Shown: positions 1 through 12,679 of the stretch, one piece after another
Numbering within the stretch: position 1 is the first letter of the stretch
Layout: the number at the start of each line of letters is the position of its first letter
Origin: Marsupella aquatica
Taxonomy: Eukaryota; Plantae; Marchantiophyta
DNA: 64,000 nucleotides
Assembly (NCBI GenBank): GCA_973895155.1
Contig: OZ316891.1
Location: 17,606,095 to 17,670,094 of the forward strand
Direction of reading: 5' to 3'
Made by a program: the position numbers and the translations under genes
The notes under the pieces: model-generated
Told to the model about the DNA's origin: nothing
What the model saw: the letters and a program-made list of their open reading frames with translations, nothing else
Databases searched by the model: none

Positions 1-250
1 TTCTTGTTTAATTCCTAAGGAGGGAGGAATCCAGTAGTCCCATAATGAGTTTCCCTTGAGGCTTTTCATTTCTCGGTCAATTTTGGGTCTCGATTCGATT
101 GAGATTGCAAGGCAATACGCAGGATAGTATGCCTGTTTTAGTTAGAAAAGGTCAGTTTTATATTGTTGCTCGATTGGGGGCAGGTAGGGCAGGAAACTTG
201 TCTGGAATCACTCAGCAATAACTCATTGTTGACTTGTTGTCGCTTTGTAG

Positions 251-2239
251 GGGAGTCTCCATTGAAGGTGACGTCTATCCGGGCGAGCATCAACTTGCCC
301 TATGACCACAGAGTCTTTGTCCAAAATTTCACTGCTCAGGTTAGACCTCTCATTTCCCTCTGTATATGTTTAGGGGCTTCAATCACAACTTCATGCTTTT
401 AGTGCGATATCTATGTATAGCAAGAATTATTTTGTAGCCTTAGTTGGTCTAAATGTGTCGTACACACCTCAACACGCTCATTCTGTAACTTGCTTGGGGC
501 AAGTGGTAAGCTGGGCTACGGTAGTCGCTTTTTCGGAATTTTCTGATATGGGAGAACTCGAATGTTTACTCAAGTCCTGACAAATAATATCGTGTCTTTT
601 GAATGGACGTTCTCTTCCTTGCTGTGAGAAGACGACCTGATTCTTGCCCTTGCAATGGGTTGATTTTGGTCCATTCTTTATCTGTCGCAGGAATTTGTCA
701 ACTCAACTGTGCCTTCAGGAATTCAAGCATCGTTTCCTTACTCCTTCACCATCAGTAAATATTTGCAGGTTTGTGCTAATGTCGCAGTCCATTAAAACGG
801 GATTAACATGAAGAACATTCCTTTTGAATCATCTCCTGCATTGCAGAGAATTTTGTGCTGGTTTCCAGTTGAATGACCAGGGTGTTTGTTTCTCCCCGTC
901 ATTTGCTCGATAGGTTCTCGTAGGCCAATACCCATAATCAGATTATGAAACTTGGAAAGCTTGCACTGATGAGCCATTTGAATGCAGCCCGGAGGGTTCG
1001 CTCTCGTAGCAAGTATCTATTACGATATCGACAACCAGGCCCACAGGACCACATTTTACAATGGCACAGTGGAGGTCGTTGAGGCACATGGCTTTTTCAG
1101 TGGGGAAACTCTTTTCCTCATAACTCTGGGCCTAGGGTTGTCCGGTCTTCTTGGGATCTGGGCATATGGACAGATTCAGCGTATGTCAAAGGTGAGAACT
1201 GCTGTTTGGTTGCAATCAGTATTAATCAGGTTGTATTGGCCGATTCGCGTATATCTTTCTTCATGTTGGAGAGATTCTATACAAGAAGGTTTGCATCTGA
1301 TGTAGTGCTCCAATCAAGAACATGTAAGGCGCAGGGATGTTGTATTATCTGGGCCGTTTTATATCGAGCTTGATTTGGGTGGTACTCGCAGAAATGTGTC
1401 GTGTTAGAGTTAGAACGTTCTTATAGAAGGTGGATTTTCGCTATACTGTATTTCAGGACTTCTTGGAATTGTACCAGTATGTGTAGTTTCTTCCTAGTCT
1501 AATCTATCGAGCTTAAATATGCTAGTTTTGGGGATTCATCTTGCAGAAAGCTCGGAGAACCAAGAAGGTTGAAACTGGCACTCGGAGCACAGATGCAGCA
1601 AATAATGAATGGCTACAGGTCTGTTTCCCAAGTATTCCGAAGTCAATGTTGCTCCCAATTCTCCCTTGTCTTTTACATAATGGAAATAAACTTGAACTGA
1701 TGCCACTTATTGTTGAGGAACCTGAAGTTCGATATAGCTAGGAAGGGACTGCCATATTAAAAGTGAGTCGGTATTGTCAAGCAATCTGTTGATTTCTGGT
1801 TCCAAAAGAGTTGCATTGCAATAGATATGCAATTGTTCCTTAGATCTATTTTTCATTGCTTGGAACCAGAAATCTGGATCTGTTTGCTTGGATCAATCTC
1901 TTTCTTGGAAGGATTATGTGTATAAAGACTGAATCTAAAAGACAAGCGTTTTGAAAGGATCAAAAAATCTGACAGCAAACAGGAACCTATTTTCGTGCAT
2001 CCATCAGAATCTATATCTTAGTAGGTGGGAAGATGATTGAAGTATGCAAACATCATCTAAAGAGTCTTCTGGTTCACATTAGATGTGATGCGTGCATCAT
2101 TATGAAGTGATAAGTATTTAACTTTTTTCTGGTCTGAGTTATAATTACGGGCTTCGTTTCGTTGTCACAGGGAACATCATTCACTGCCAAGAGATCTAAC
2201 AGCATCGCGCAGTCTACAAAGTCCAAGAAAAAGAAGTAA
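251..2239 (+). CDS. Translocon-associated protein subunit alpha (TRAP-alpha/SSR1-like), 5'-truncated by window; exons approx. 251-339, 691-768, 988-1191, 1547-1618, 2171-2239
   Basis: AG/GT-bounded exons join to ESPLKVTSIRASINLPYDHRVFVQNFTAQ-EFVNSTVPSGIQASFPYSFTISKYLQ-PGGFALVASIYY...TTFYNGTVEVVE...single TM (LFLITLGLGLSGLLGIWAY)...KKVETGT...NEWLQ-GTSF...SKKKK*. This is the typical plant TRAP-alpha C-terminal half. Confidence 0.9.
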
Positions 2240-2699
2240 ACACATTTTGCTTGTCAGAGGCTTCATTTAGAGCCAATTTGCTCTATGCCAGCACAAGGGC
2301 TTGCACTTGGTCGAGGACATGGCTCAATGGCCCACAATAAATTCTGTCGTCAGAGATCTCGTTTTTGTCAGCAAGGAGGCATCGCATTCTGGTGCCCATC
2401 CCCCTTTCTAGTTGCTGCTCTGTTCCTGTAGATTGATTAGCGGTAGATTTAGCAGAGCTTGAGATCCTACTATTGCCTTGTTATCAGTTTTGCCCGGTTT
2501 TGGTTGGAGTGTCAGTGGAAATCTGTTCGGTACTGGTGTACATTGGGAGAATAGTGTATGTGTAATCTCTGGAAACTCTACGGACTTATTTTCTAACAGG
2601 TCAGCATAGTAGTGATTCTGATGTGACTTGTAGATCAAGGATCGAAAAATCTGGTGTGGTTTTGATCTATTTGCAGCCGTGTTGCAATTAGTTCAGAAC

Positions 2700-3540
2700 C
2701 AATATCTAAGAAAGTGATTGAGTCTGTGCCAAGGTTTCAGTGTAGAGTATTGAGATTCTCTTAGTTTTGAAAATGTCGAATCAAGTTGGTCAAGGATGAA
2801 GGACAAAACCTTTGGTCCATTGAACGTCATCGAGGAATTCTTGGGTCTGCTCTTGGGAGTCTTTGAGTTGGGTTGTATTCTGTACATCATGGGGACGTTG
2901 GAGATTGAATGTTGACGATTCACTTTGCAATTTTTCTGAATTACGAGATTTGCCTGAGCTTTTGCCACCGAACAGCCCAACCTCTCGTGATTGATGGTAG
3001 TTGGATGAAGTGTCGAGATTAGAGCAAGTCTCTGTACACATTATGGTTCAGCTTTTCTCAATGTCGAGATTAGAGCAAGTCTCTGTACACATTATGGTTC
3101 AGCTTTTCTCAATGTCCCTCTTGGTATTGCGCAAATCTCTTCTGGGATCATATGTCGTGTGAAGTTATGTAAAGACCGAAATGGCAAGCTTAAGTGAGGG
3201 TTACTGTCCAGACACGTTTTCAATGAATTGATCTAGGCTACCAAGTCTCCATGGAATACTCGTGCGATCTTGAAGGTAGTTTTGTGGTTCAGGGTGAGTC
3301 TGAGTGTCCTTCTCACCTTGGAAACAGTTGCACCATGGATGTCTTGGGTGTTCTTTACCCCCCTGCGCTGTTTCCGCAGTTAGTTTGGTCGCCCAGCCCT
3401 GAAATGTTTGGGTATCACAGACATCGTGTGAGTCACATGAGTTTTGGTGTCCCTCTAATCGCAGGACAGGTCAAGTCACTGTGGCTGTCACTGATTTTTA
3501 TGCACACGTCACACTTTCTCGTGCACGAAGATTAAGCTCC
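2700..3540 (-). mobile_element. Highly degenerate Ty3/gypsy-like integrase relic
   Basis: Broken minus-strand frames give ACHFGLYITSH (cf. MAHFIPC), LDTSSNYHQSRE (cf. STAYHPQTDGQ) and AKAQANLVIQKNCK (cf. post-integrase helix) in the expected order. Many stops and frameshifts. Confidence 0.3.
3011..3115. repeat. Two-copy tandem duplication, ~52-bp unit
   Basis: tgtcgagattagagcaagtctctgtacacattatggttcagcttttctcaa occurs twice back to back. Confidence 0.9.
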
Positions 3541-4014
3541 AATGCAGAGTGACGACATTCTCCAGCTCAGCAGCAGCTTCATTAAATCTCCGGGAGTGAA
3601 GCAGACAATGACTTGGAGAATTGACTTAATCACAATGACTTCTGATACAATATTGAGAGATCGCCCCGATGTGGCACTGGTCGACTCAGATTGTTGATTC
3701 ATAACTAGTGACTGAACATACTAAATTAGTGTGATTCCCCATAAACTTAATTGGGACACAAATAAGTGCCACTAAGAGGGCAACGGATCGTAACTCCAGT
3801 CCTTGCTGCCCTCTTGCATACTGATGTGAGTAGTTCTCCAAACAAAGAAGGAACCACCATCTATACTCTCAAAAATAGAGAGAGATCCTCTTCAAAGCTT
3901 GGATCTCAAAAGTACTTGTACCATCCTATACCATGGTAAAATCAGCATGTAATCTTTGCAAGGGAGGACTAGTACCACGTGACATCATAAACAACTATGA
4001 TTACTACACCAAAA

Positions 4015-4281
4015 AGAATTTACCATTATATCATCAAAAGGCTTCCCATTCTACACAGAATAAAATATCATTGAGTGGTGAACATCCTTCTCCTGATTTT
4101 GGGGAGTTCTGGAGCACAATTGTGTTATGGTATGTGGACGAAGGTTAGAATTTACCATTATATCATCAAAAAGCTTCCCATAATCTACACAGAATAAAAT
4201 ATCATTGAGTGGTGAACATCCTTCTCCTGATTTTGGGGAGTTCTAGAGCACAATTGTGTTCTGGTATGTGGGACGAAGGTT
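4015..4281. repeat. Two-copy tandem duplication, ~132-bp unit
   Basis: agaatttaccattatatcatcaaaa...ggtatgtggacgaaggtt begins at 4015 and again at 4147, with few substitutions and indels. Confidence 0.9.
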
Positions 4282-5203
4282 TTTGGTGTTGACACGGGTG
4301 AGTTCAAATGGCATCTTCATCCCAACTCAAAACCTTTGAGTTAGGATAGAACTTGCAGAAAGTAGATAAAGCCCCAATTAAATAGTTGTGATACAAAGCT
4401 ACATATTTCTCAGGAGTTCCTCTGAAAACATCCTCATCTGAAAGATGGCTAGATTGGATGGTACAAGTACCTTGACTGTCGTAGTGGTAGTCAAACATTT
4501 GCTTCAGGACATCCAAGGGAAGGGCAGCAGCAACAAATGTGATCATGGCAAAGAGTATGAATATGTAGCATGAGCATCATCTGACAACTTAGTCCCCCTT
4601 TGCTATGGAGATAGTTGGGAGAATCCATCATGAGTTCAATAGGCTCTTTCCACAGACAGGTCAAGACATACACACAGGCTGGTTTCATAGGACCACCACT
4701 CTTTGTTAGAAAGACAGTGCACTTCCATGAGTGGATTTCAATGATGCTGAACTATGCTCATGCCTGGTGAATCCATGTAGATCTCTACTAGTGGATACTA
4801 GTGTGCCTCAGCAAAGGCCTGCCCCCTTCAAGTACATCCTTCCATGTCTCACTTGCAGACTTAGTTACAACACGTGGACCATTAGATCCTAACAATACAG
4901 TTCTGATAATTTTTTATTTCTTTGTTTTTATTCTTTCCAGGTTTTGGGGGTTTGCATTTGTCTTCTTCTGAGTTTAGTGTTGACACCCTTTGCACCTTGT
5001 TCGGGTTTTACTCTATGATACTTTGTTTGGCCCTTTCTACAGAAGTAGACTCTAAGTAGACTACTTTAGAGGGTCTAAGTATGCTCAAATCTAGAAGATT
5101 GGGAAACTTGAGATCTACCCGACCCGCCTCTGGACAAGAGCTGACCACCAAGTCCCACTCAAATTTGGCATATATGTTTCTCATATATGATCTATGTGAG
5201 ATT

Positions 5204-5590
5204 TGATGCTTGGATGGACATTGGGGTTGCAATGGTGCCTAAGAGTTGTGATGCTTGGATGGACATTGGGGTTGGAATGGTGCCTAAGAGTTGTGATCCA
5301 TCCGTGCTTCTTTCCCCTTCATTTTGTCATTCAATTGTCTCACCCTTTGTAAAAAGAAAGAATAATATACTGCAAAACGAAGTATCTGCCTGCTTGATGT
5401 TTTCCTCTGCATGCTTTCATCAGCAGGCCTTTCTTTTTTCCACATTCTTTCACCTTATGGGTGTTTCTTTCTTCCCTGCACCCCTCCACCATGCATTTTT
5501 CTTTTCTTTTTCTCCTTTCTTTTCTTTTCTCCACATTCTTTCACCTTATGGGTGTTTCTTTCTTCCCTGCACCCCTCCTCCATGCAATTT
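5204..5590. repeat. Two adjacent tandem duplications (45-bp unit at ~5204-5297; ~85-bp pyrimidine-rich unit at ~5430-5590)
   Basis: tgatgcttggatggacattggggttg(c/g)aatggtgcctaagagttg x2; ccacattctttcaccttatgggtgtttctttcttccctgcacccctcc x2. Confidence 0.85.
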
Positions 5591-6776
5591 TCTTTCCCTT
5601 TGGGGGACTAATGTACTGACAAGGGAAAAGAAAAACTGAAAAAAAAACCAACAAAAATATCACAAAAACAGGAAAAAAGGAAGGAAAACCAAACTAAAAA
5701 AATGTGAACTTACCCCAAGTAGGAAACTAGAAAGGAACGAGGAGCATCGTTCGTTCATGGCGGGCAAGCTCCGTCCTCCATAAGTGCCAACTCACTGCTT
5801 CGCCCCCCACTCCTGTCATTTTGCTTCTGAATTGGGACGACACCCTGGAGACATACTGGTAGGTGCTTCCAATTTTCCGAAGCTATTTGAATGTATAAGT
5901 CTATTAACGATCTGGATAATTCTTGTTAGCTGACTTCACAACTTCAATCTATTGATTGCCTTTCTCTCTGGCATTCAGGAATTGTAGTCGTCTGGACGGT
6001 GCTTTAGACGTGAGTTCGCCGGAGCTGTCCTGCAACTACCCTTCGGCTGGATCCAGGTACAGACCATCCTTGGGAAGTTCTTCTTGACTTTGTGGAGATC
6101 ATGCCATTCTTGGCTTCTTCAGTGAGCTCCCTCTGTAGATTTGTTGTTTTTAGAACAAAGCAATCATTCCACGGCAAGGTAAATCTCCCAGGTTGCACAG
6201 TGATTTGATCTTTTAAGCTTTTAACCAAAAGCTTTCACCTGGAGGTTATCGCATTCGATCGAAACAATTGCCAGAATGGCAAAAGTTGACTATCACGGAG
6301 GAGTTCGTCTCCAAGGGAGTGTGTAACTTCACTTTCCCGTTACCTCCCAGAAATGTTTAGCAGTGGAATTCCCAAACTGATGTGATCACCCATTGTAGGC
6401 TATGACGAAAAACATTATGTCCTTCACTCCCTGCATAGCATTTCGAAATCCGCCTGGCAGACCATTAGAATCCCCATTCCGTCCTTCTGATCACTCAGGT
6501 TGGCGTTCAGCATCGTCTGCAGGCATTTGCCACCAGCGAATCCACCGGTTATCAGGCGGACTAGTTCTGCATTATTGCTGGTTTTCCTCTTCAGCTTTCA
6601 CATCAGCAGCAGAAACTCAAGCTGGGCGATCGAGCAGTGTAAGTCCTATCAAGCTGAGTAACTGCATTAATAATATCAGAGGAGCAAAAGGAAGGGGGAT
6701 AGAGACGCAATCGCCCAAATCATCAGCATCACCACGACGACGACAACGAAGGTCTTCACTTTTGGGACCGGCTAGA

Positions 6777-9700
6777 ATGGCTCCTGAATTGTCTTCCACC
6801 GAGACAGTCGCAGCTGCTGATGGAACCACTGCAGCGCAAAATGGGCAGAAAGAGACTAAGAAGCTTGGCGCAGTTTTTTTCGACATGGATGACACTCTGG
6901 TCCTCACGCACGAGGTTGATAGCCGAGCTCATTTGGCTGTCATGGCACTTGTGGCTGTGCGAGCTCCTCAGGTGGACCAGTCTGCTGTGCTTAGGGACTT
7001 TCTGGAGCGATTTAAAAATGAGCCGTGGGATCCCGAGCGCAAGGTTTTCCCCTCGTGTCTTTCTGTCTGTCTTTGTGCTTCGTTGCTTTCTTCACTAGCA
7101 CAACGTTCCCTTGCTGGACATGTCTACAACAGTTATCCTTTGCAAGCACTGAAGACGGTTTCATAACATCACTGTCAGCCCTCTGTAAGCACTCATACTT
7201 TGTTGTATGGATTTGGTCGACGGTGCAATCTTTTGTCTGATTCACATGTCAGAAATTACCGCACGGAAGGGAGGGTTGTTCGTTCAGTGACCAGTCTATA
7301 TGTATCAGGCAAGCTTTTCTTTCGCACGAAACGAATGTTACCTTCACGCAGAGTCACTTTTTAACGGCTTCCTGCTCGATCTCGTCCTGTTGCAATTTCT
7401 CTGTGTAACGTCTTGGTTACTTTACCTCGAAAACACGTTTTCAACAGCGCAGCGGGGCCCTTTCTTAGGATCCAAAAACTAATCTCTTAGGTAGCTTGGT
7501 AGCACGCTTTGAGTGCATCCGGCTGAAATGTTGATTGATTCTCAAAGTCAAGTCAGCCAAACTCTGCGAACCTGCTTGACAGAGAGGCACGGACTATTGC
7601 ATAGCGGGGCTATCTCTTAGCAACTAGTTTCTAGCCGTGTTGCTGGCCCGGGATGATCATTCTTTCCAGCAAGAGTCAGAGCATCATGTGCTGAAGAAGT
7701 GTGTTTACTGAGATCACGGTGCCAATTGTGTTGCCCAAAATACTTTGTTTTCAAGTAACGCTCAAAAGTAGGCAGTTGGACATTTTATCAATGTGGGTTG
7801 ATAAGGGAAAGTCCTGAATTTTAGGTGGAGGTTACAGAATGGAGGGCAAGGCTATGGGGTATGGCTCTCGAGGGGCAGGGCGTGAAGGACGTGCACTTGG
7901 CCAGGGTTAGTGACCCTCAACTTGCAAACTTGTCGTGTCTTGCTTTGTTTTGACCTTGAACAGAAGCTAAATAGTTATGCTTGCTCCTTCTGCAGAGTGT
8001 CACTTACTGGTGGTTTGGTTTACAGGATTGTCAGAATTGTTTTGACAGGGAGAGGCTAGCTGGGTTTCGCTGGACAACCGGCGTTGAACGGGTATATCAC
8101 ATTGTCCTTAGCTAATCAGGCAAGAATCATGCTTTATTTTCTGCATAATGAATTTTCATGTTGTTCTGCTCATTGGAGTACTGTTGTATCTCGCGAACGG
8201 TAGAGAGGTCGATTGTTTGACCACTAACGCTGGTAAACAATCCTGGCTTGTCGTCCTCCCTCCTTGCATAGTTGAAAGGCCCCCAACGCTCAGTTGTTGT
8301 GATATTCGCACCCATCCAGGTGGAATCTTCTTCTTAGAGTTTTTAGATTGAATGCTGCAGCTTGTGAGGACCCTTCATCTGCAAGGAATCAAAGTTGGTA
8401 TCATAACCAATGGTCATGCTAAGGTAAACACATCTTGCCGATTTCAAACACGACACTTTTTTTGTGATAACCAGAAAATCCCAAACGTTCAAGATCGATT
8501 CAAGATGGACACTAGTGCAATGCATATGTTATTTACATTTCAGAAGGTCTTTACCTGAATGTGGAAACATATGACATACATTGTTAATAGCTGAGATATG
8601 ATATGCAGAGGTGCAGTCTTGTAGTTCTTGGTACGGGATCTGAAGTACACACTAGACTGAACACGCAAGTTACAGCTTAGTTCGATACTTGACAATTGTG
8701 ACGTCGGAACGGCATGGTGGATCTAATCTTTATTGTCATCAACCTACCAGCTTTGGCATTCTCTTACAGTGGATATCACTGTAGGACTTAAAGGATCAGC
8801 TCACAATAAAGTCCTCAACTTACTCATGCAAGCTTATCCAAAAAGCTACTCCACCCCTATATAAATTGATCTAGGCGAGCATAAGTTGCAATCTCAGTTG
8901 TGAAGAGTTGTACTGTTTTGAATACGTCGTTTTGAGTACTAGCCATCGTGGATCTCTTTGTGACAAATGGGAGGCAGAGTTGGCAGACATGCTCGTGGGT
9001 TTCTAGATAGTAGACGGGCTGTAAGAGCGGTCTTGAGACGGTCCCGGTTAATTCCCTCCACAACCCCCACAGAGTCACAGTATGACTGATTCGTGATGGA
9101 ATTCATTTTGGGATGTACTGCAGGTGCAAAGGGCAAAGCTGAAAGCCTGCAATGCTGAGGAGCACTTCGACACAATTCTTGTCGGTGGAGGTTTGTTTCT
9201 GTGTGAAGACTTCTGGCCGCAAGCATATTCTTCTTCCTACGAAGGGCTGACCACAGAAGTGATTGGAGTGGACTCATTAACAATTGTGGGTGTACCTTGT
9301 GCAGAGGAACCAAATCCAAAGCCCAATCGAGACATATTCTTGAAGGCCTGCAATCTAGCCGGTTGCAAACCAGAGGAGTCAATCATGGTTGGTGACACTC
9401 TCAAGACAGATATCCAGGTGAGTGCTCCCATAATTGTCTTTGACTATTTCTGACTGACACTAAGTTACAGGGATCAACTACATATGATTTCCCTAGCTTA
9501 TCGAGTATATTCAAAAAGGAGGTGTGCATGAGTGGAGCTTTTTACTTTGAAGACAAATTTGTGCTTGAGACCCATCTCCTACTGCTGCAGTTGAGGCTTT
9601 TGGATTATGGTGACTAAATCAGCGCCTTTGTATAGGGAGGCATCAATGCTGGATTCCTCTCGACAGTTTGGGTGAATGTACATAAGCGTGAGCCGCGTCC

Positions 9701-9794
9701 TGGCTCTGCAAAGCCGGATCATGAGATTACCACTTTCATTGAGTTGCAGCAGTTACTGGAACAGTATGGGGTGGTTTTTGAATCATCGGAGTAA
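6777..9794 (+). CDS. HAD-superfamily phosphatase, N-acylneuraminate-9-phosphatase (NANP/HDHD4)-like; 7 exons approx. 6777-7043, 7825-7905, 8026-8091, 8361-8423, 9124-9190, 9305-9417, 9636-9794
   Basis: HAD motif I AVFFDMDDTL, motif II GIITNG, motif III KPNRDIF, motif IV MVGDTLKTDIQGGINAG. Exon phases are compatible and splice sites canonical. An in-frame upstream extension runs to an ATG at 6402. Confidence 0.88.
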
Positions 9795-11484
9795 GGGACA
9801 CCGTCCGTCGACCGCTACCTACCACCCATTTGACGTTCTCTATCACATAATAACAGGGAGCCACTGATGCTGCAAAGCTTAGTCATGAGACTCCTACGGG
9901 AGCTGCCGCACCCACTGGAATAAGTTGGGGTGCTTTCTGGTAGGAAGAAGCGTTTTCTATGAAGTACGCAGCCACTGGATACTATTCTGATGTCATAGTG
10001 AACAGCTGCGGCACTCTCCTTTTGCAAAGTGGACATTCATCTTCGAATTGGGATAGTACATTCATTCTCCATCCCACCATCTGATCATGCTGCCCACACA
10101 GTATGTAGGGGTAAATGCTAAGTGCCATTCTTTCGTCTCAGATTCAACCGCCAGTCCCATTTGACGTCCAAAACGCTTGCCAAAATTTCTTGCCGGTAAA
10201 TGACCAGAGAGGCCTTGCGGGGGCCACAAAAATGGTACTACGCGACCTCAATTTAGTATGAAAGGATTACTGGAATAAGAAGGGGATGGAGAAGGGGGGA
10301 GGGGAGGGGGGACACATCTCATTTGATAGTGAGTTACCTGTGCTGCAGTTGTGTCTTTGAAATGTATATGGATTTTGTCCTTCCAGTAGTTGCAGAACTG
10401 ATTACTTTCAATCTATCTCCTGAACTCTATGTGGAGAACTGAACATAGAGAAGTTACGTGATTGTCGTAGCTATCAAATATGTTTGAACAGCAACCCTAC
10501 CATAGTAAATGCATCAAATAAACCTGGGCAAGAATGATGGCCAAAGGGGATCTTAGGTTTTGTCTGAAAGCTACCAAGGGTTAGGACTGGTCAGTGAAGT
10601 TAACTCTTTTTCTGCATGCAGCAAATGAAATTGAAAAATGATATCTGGAGTTGATAAATGACTGGATTACACACAGTAGGTTAGTAAAATACAAACTGGC
10701 GTTTCACGTGGCTGGTGAAACCTGTGCTTTTCGTTTTCTTTGGACGAAAGTCACATATAACCCACCAAATGGACTGCGACTCCCTATTGAAAAGAAAGGT
10801 GTTCCCTGTTCGCCAAAAACCAAAGGATGGCCTAGATATTTTTGCACCACCATGTGCCTTCATTGCTTTGCCACTGGGTTTGCCTGTGGTAAAGAGAAGT
10901 TGTTGCCAAGTTGCTTCTCCCATAGTGCCCCCATTCACCACTTTGGTAGTTGAGATTGCGCTGGATTGTGGATGAATCACTCTAATGAGCTCGGTTGCCA
11001 AGTGCATCCAAGTGAAACTGTGTTGATCGCCTAGTAACTGCCCCAACCTTTGTTTTTGCCAATGTGCATTCTGTTTGGATCCTCCAATTTGCCATGTCAC
11101 CATAGGTAAGGGTGACTTGGCACCACTCGGTCTATGGAGGGTGCCACTTATCCATTTACTAGGGGGAATTAGAGCCAGGTCATTCTGTCGCAGAGTGACC
11201 CATATGCCTGTAAGGCCAAGCCTGGACTGACGTAATGGGCTTAAAAAAAAATTGGATTTCAATTTTTGTCATGGACTGGGAGACCAGTGGTGTGAGTCAG
11301 AGAGAGAACCTCATACTTGCATGCTGTGCTCCGTTTTCCTAAAGAAACACATTGGGTGACATTGAGGCCCAAATGGTCACTGGGAGACACTAAAAGCCGC
11401 CGATCAAAGTATGCGGACCTGCCCACATTTGAGACCCCTACTAGAGACCCCCTAGGTTGCCTTTTAGCCAACCCTGACGTATTA

Positions 11485-11861
11485 GAGTTTTCTGTAAAAG
11501 CTCACTTACGGGGTGAGTTCCCAGGGTGAAAAGCAGGAGCGAGCTGAACACAGGGTGAGTTAGCTTGTGGCAGCGGCACTCAAATACACCAGAGTAAATC
11601 CAGGGCGAAAATGGGAAAGTGATCTTGGGGGTGGCAATGCCTAAGTCACCCTGTAATCTTGATGTGGGCAGCAACTAACGTGTGAGGGATGTCAGAAATG
11701 CTCACGAGAGTCGAGAGTTGCCCTAGAAATCATTAGCTGTAGGACTTCACCTTGAGTTTTGACTACAAAGTCTGTTCATGCTCTACTTTCACGGTAACTA
11801 GCCTTTTAGAATTACAGGGTGAGTGGCATGTCTTTTCATGGGCTGCTTTTACAGAAAACTC
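11485..11861. mobile_element. Non-autonomous MITE (Tc1/mariner-Stowaway-type), ~377 bp
   Basis: Perfect inverted repeat TAGAGTTTTCTGTAAAAGC (11483-11501) / GCTTTTACAGAAAACTCTA (11845-11863), read as a 17-bp TIR plus TA target-site duplication. A CAGGGTGA-like motif recurs internally in both orientations. Confidence 0.75.
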
Positions 11862-12490
11862 TATTCTAAGAAACAAATGCTGCAGGGAACTTCTTCTTTA
11901 CAACAGCATCTGACCAATATCTTTGGCATCACAACAAACTCATAGTTATAGTATCGAATTTTTTTGGAAACTCAACCCCACTTTTTACCGTGAGGAAACT
12001 CACTCAGTCTTAGTACATGATCAATACACTTAACTTGAACTAGGGATCGAGTTGGGGCGAGTACATTGTGGTATCATTCACATAGCACTCCAAGCTGAAC
12101 CCTGATAAGTTCCCCAATGTAAGAGATCAATTATGGCTAGATACGTATTTGGCAAATTCAGAGAGAAACTCTCAGTTGTTTTAAATTTGTACTGGGGTGC
12201 CAGAGCATTTACCAGGTAAGACGAGTGGAAAATTGTGGAAAGCGAAGGCTGCCCCAACCTCCTTGGAGAAAATATGTAGAGCTCTGAGTTGTGTAGTAGT
12301 GTCAACCCATGTTGAAACTTTCCTAAGTTATGGCTTTCACATGTCTTTGGACCCCACCCTCTATTTGAGAATGTTTGTCTATAGGTATGTTCTTTAGTTT
12401 TGCATCATCATTTCGTGTCGTTGGGAGTCAAAGCGCCTTGAAAAAGTGGAAGAAAGTAATGGAAAAAATGAGTGGACACCAAACTCACAC

Positions 12491-12679
12491 TCCAACTGTG
12501 GCTTTTCCTAAGCAGGGTCAAAAGTATTGAGCACTAGTACTAGCCAGATTAGTCATTGAACATACACCCAAAGTTGATTGGGTCCAACTGTGGCTTTTCC
12601 TAAGCAGGGTCAAAAGTATTGAGCACTAGTACTAGCCAGATTAGTCATTGAACATACACCCAAAGTTGATTGGGTCCAA
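12491..12679. repeat. Two-copy tandem duplication, 92-bp unit
   Basis: tccaactgtggcttttcctaagcagggtc...gttgattggg at 12491 and 12583, bounded by TCCAA microhomology. Confidence 0.9.

Noticed and set aside
10681-11262. 193-aa ORF as a gene or transposase
   Set aside because: Non-ATG start, no recognisable motifs, no supporting splice structure.
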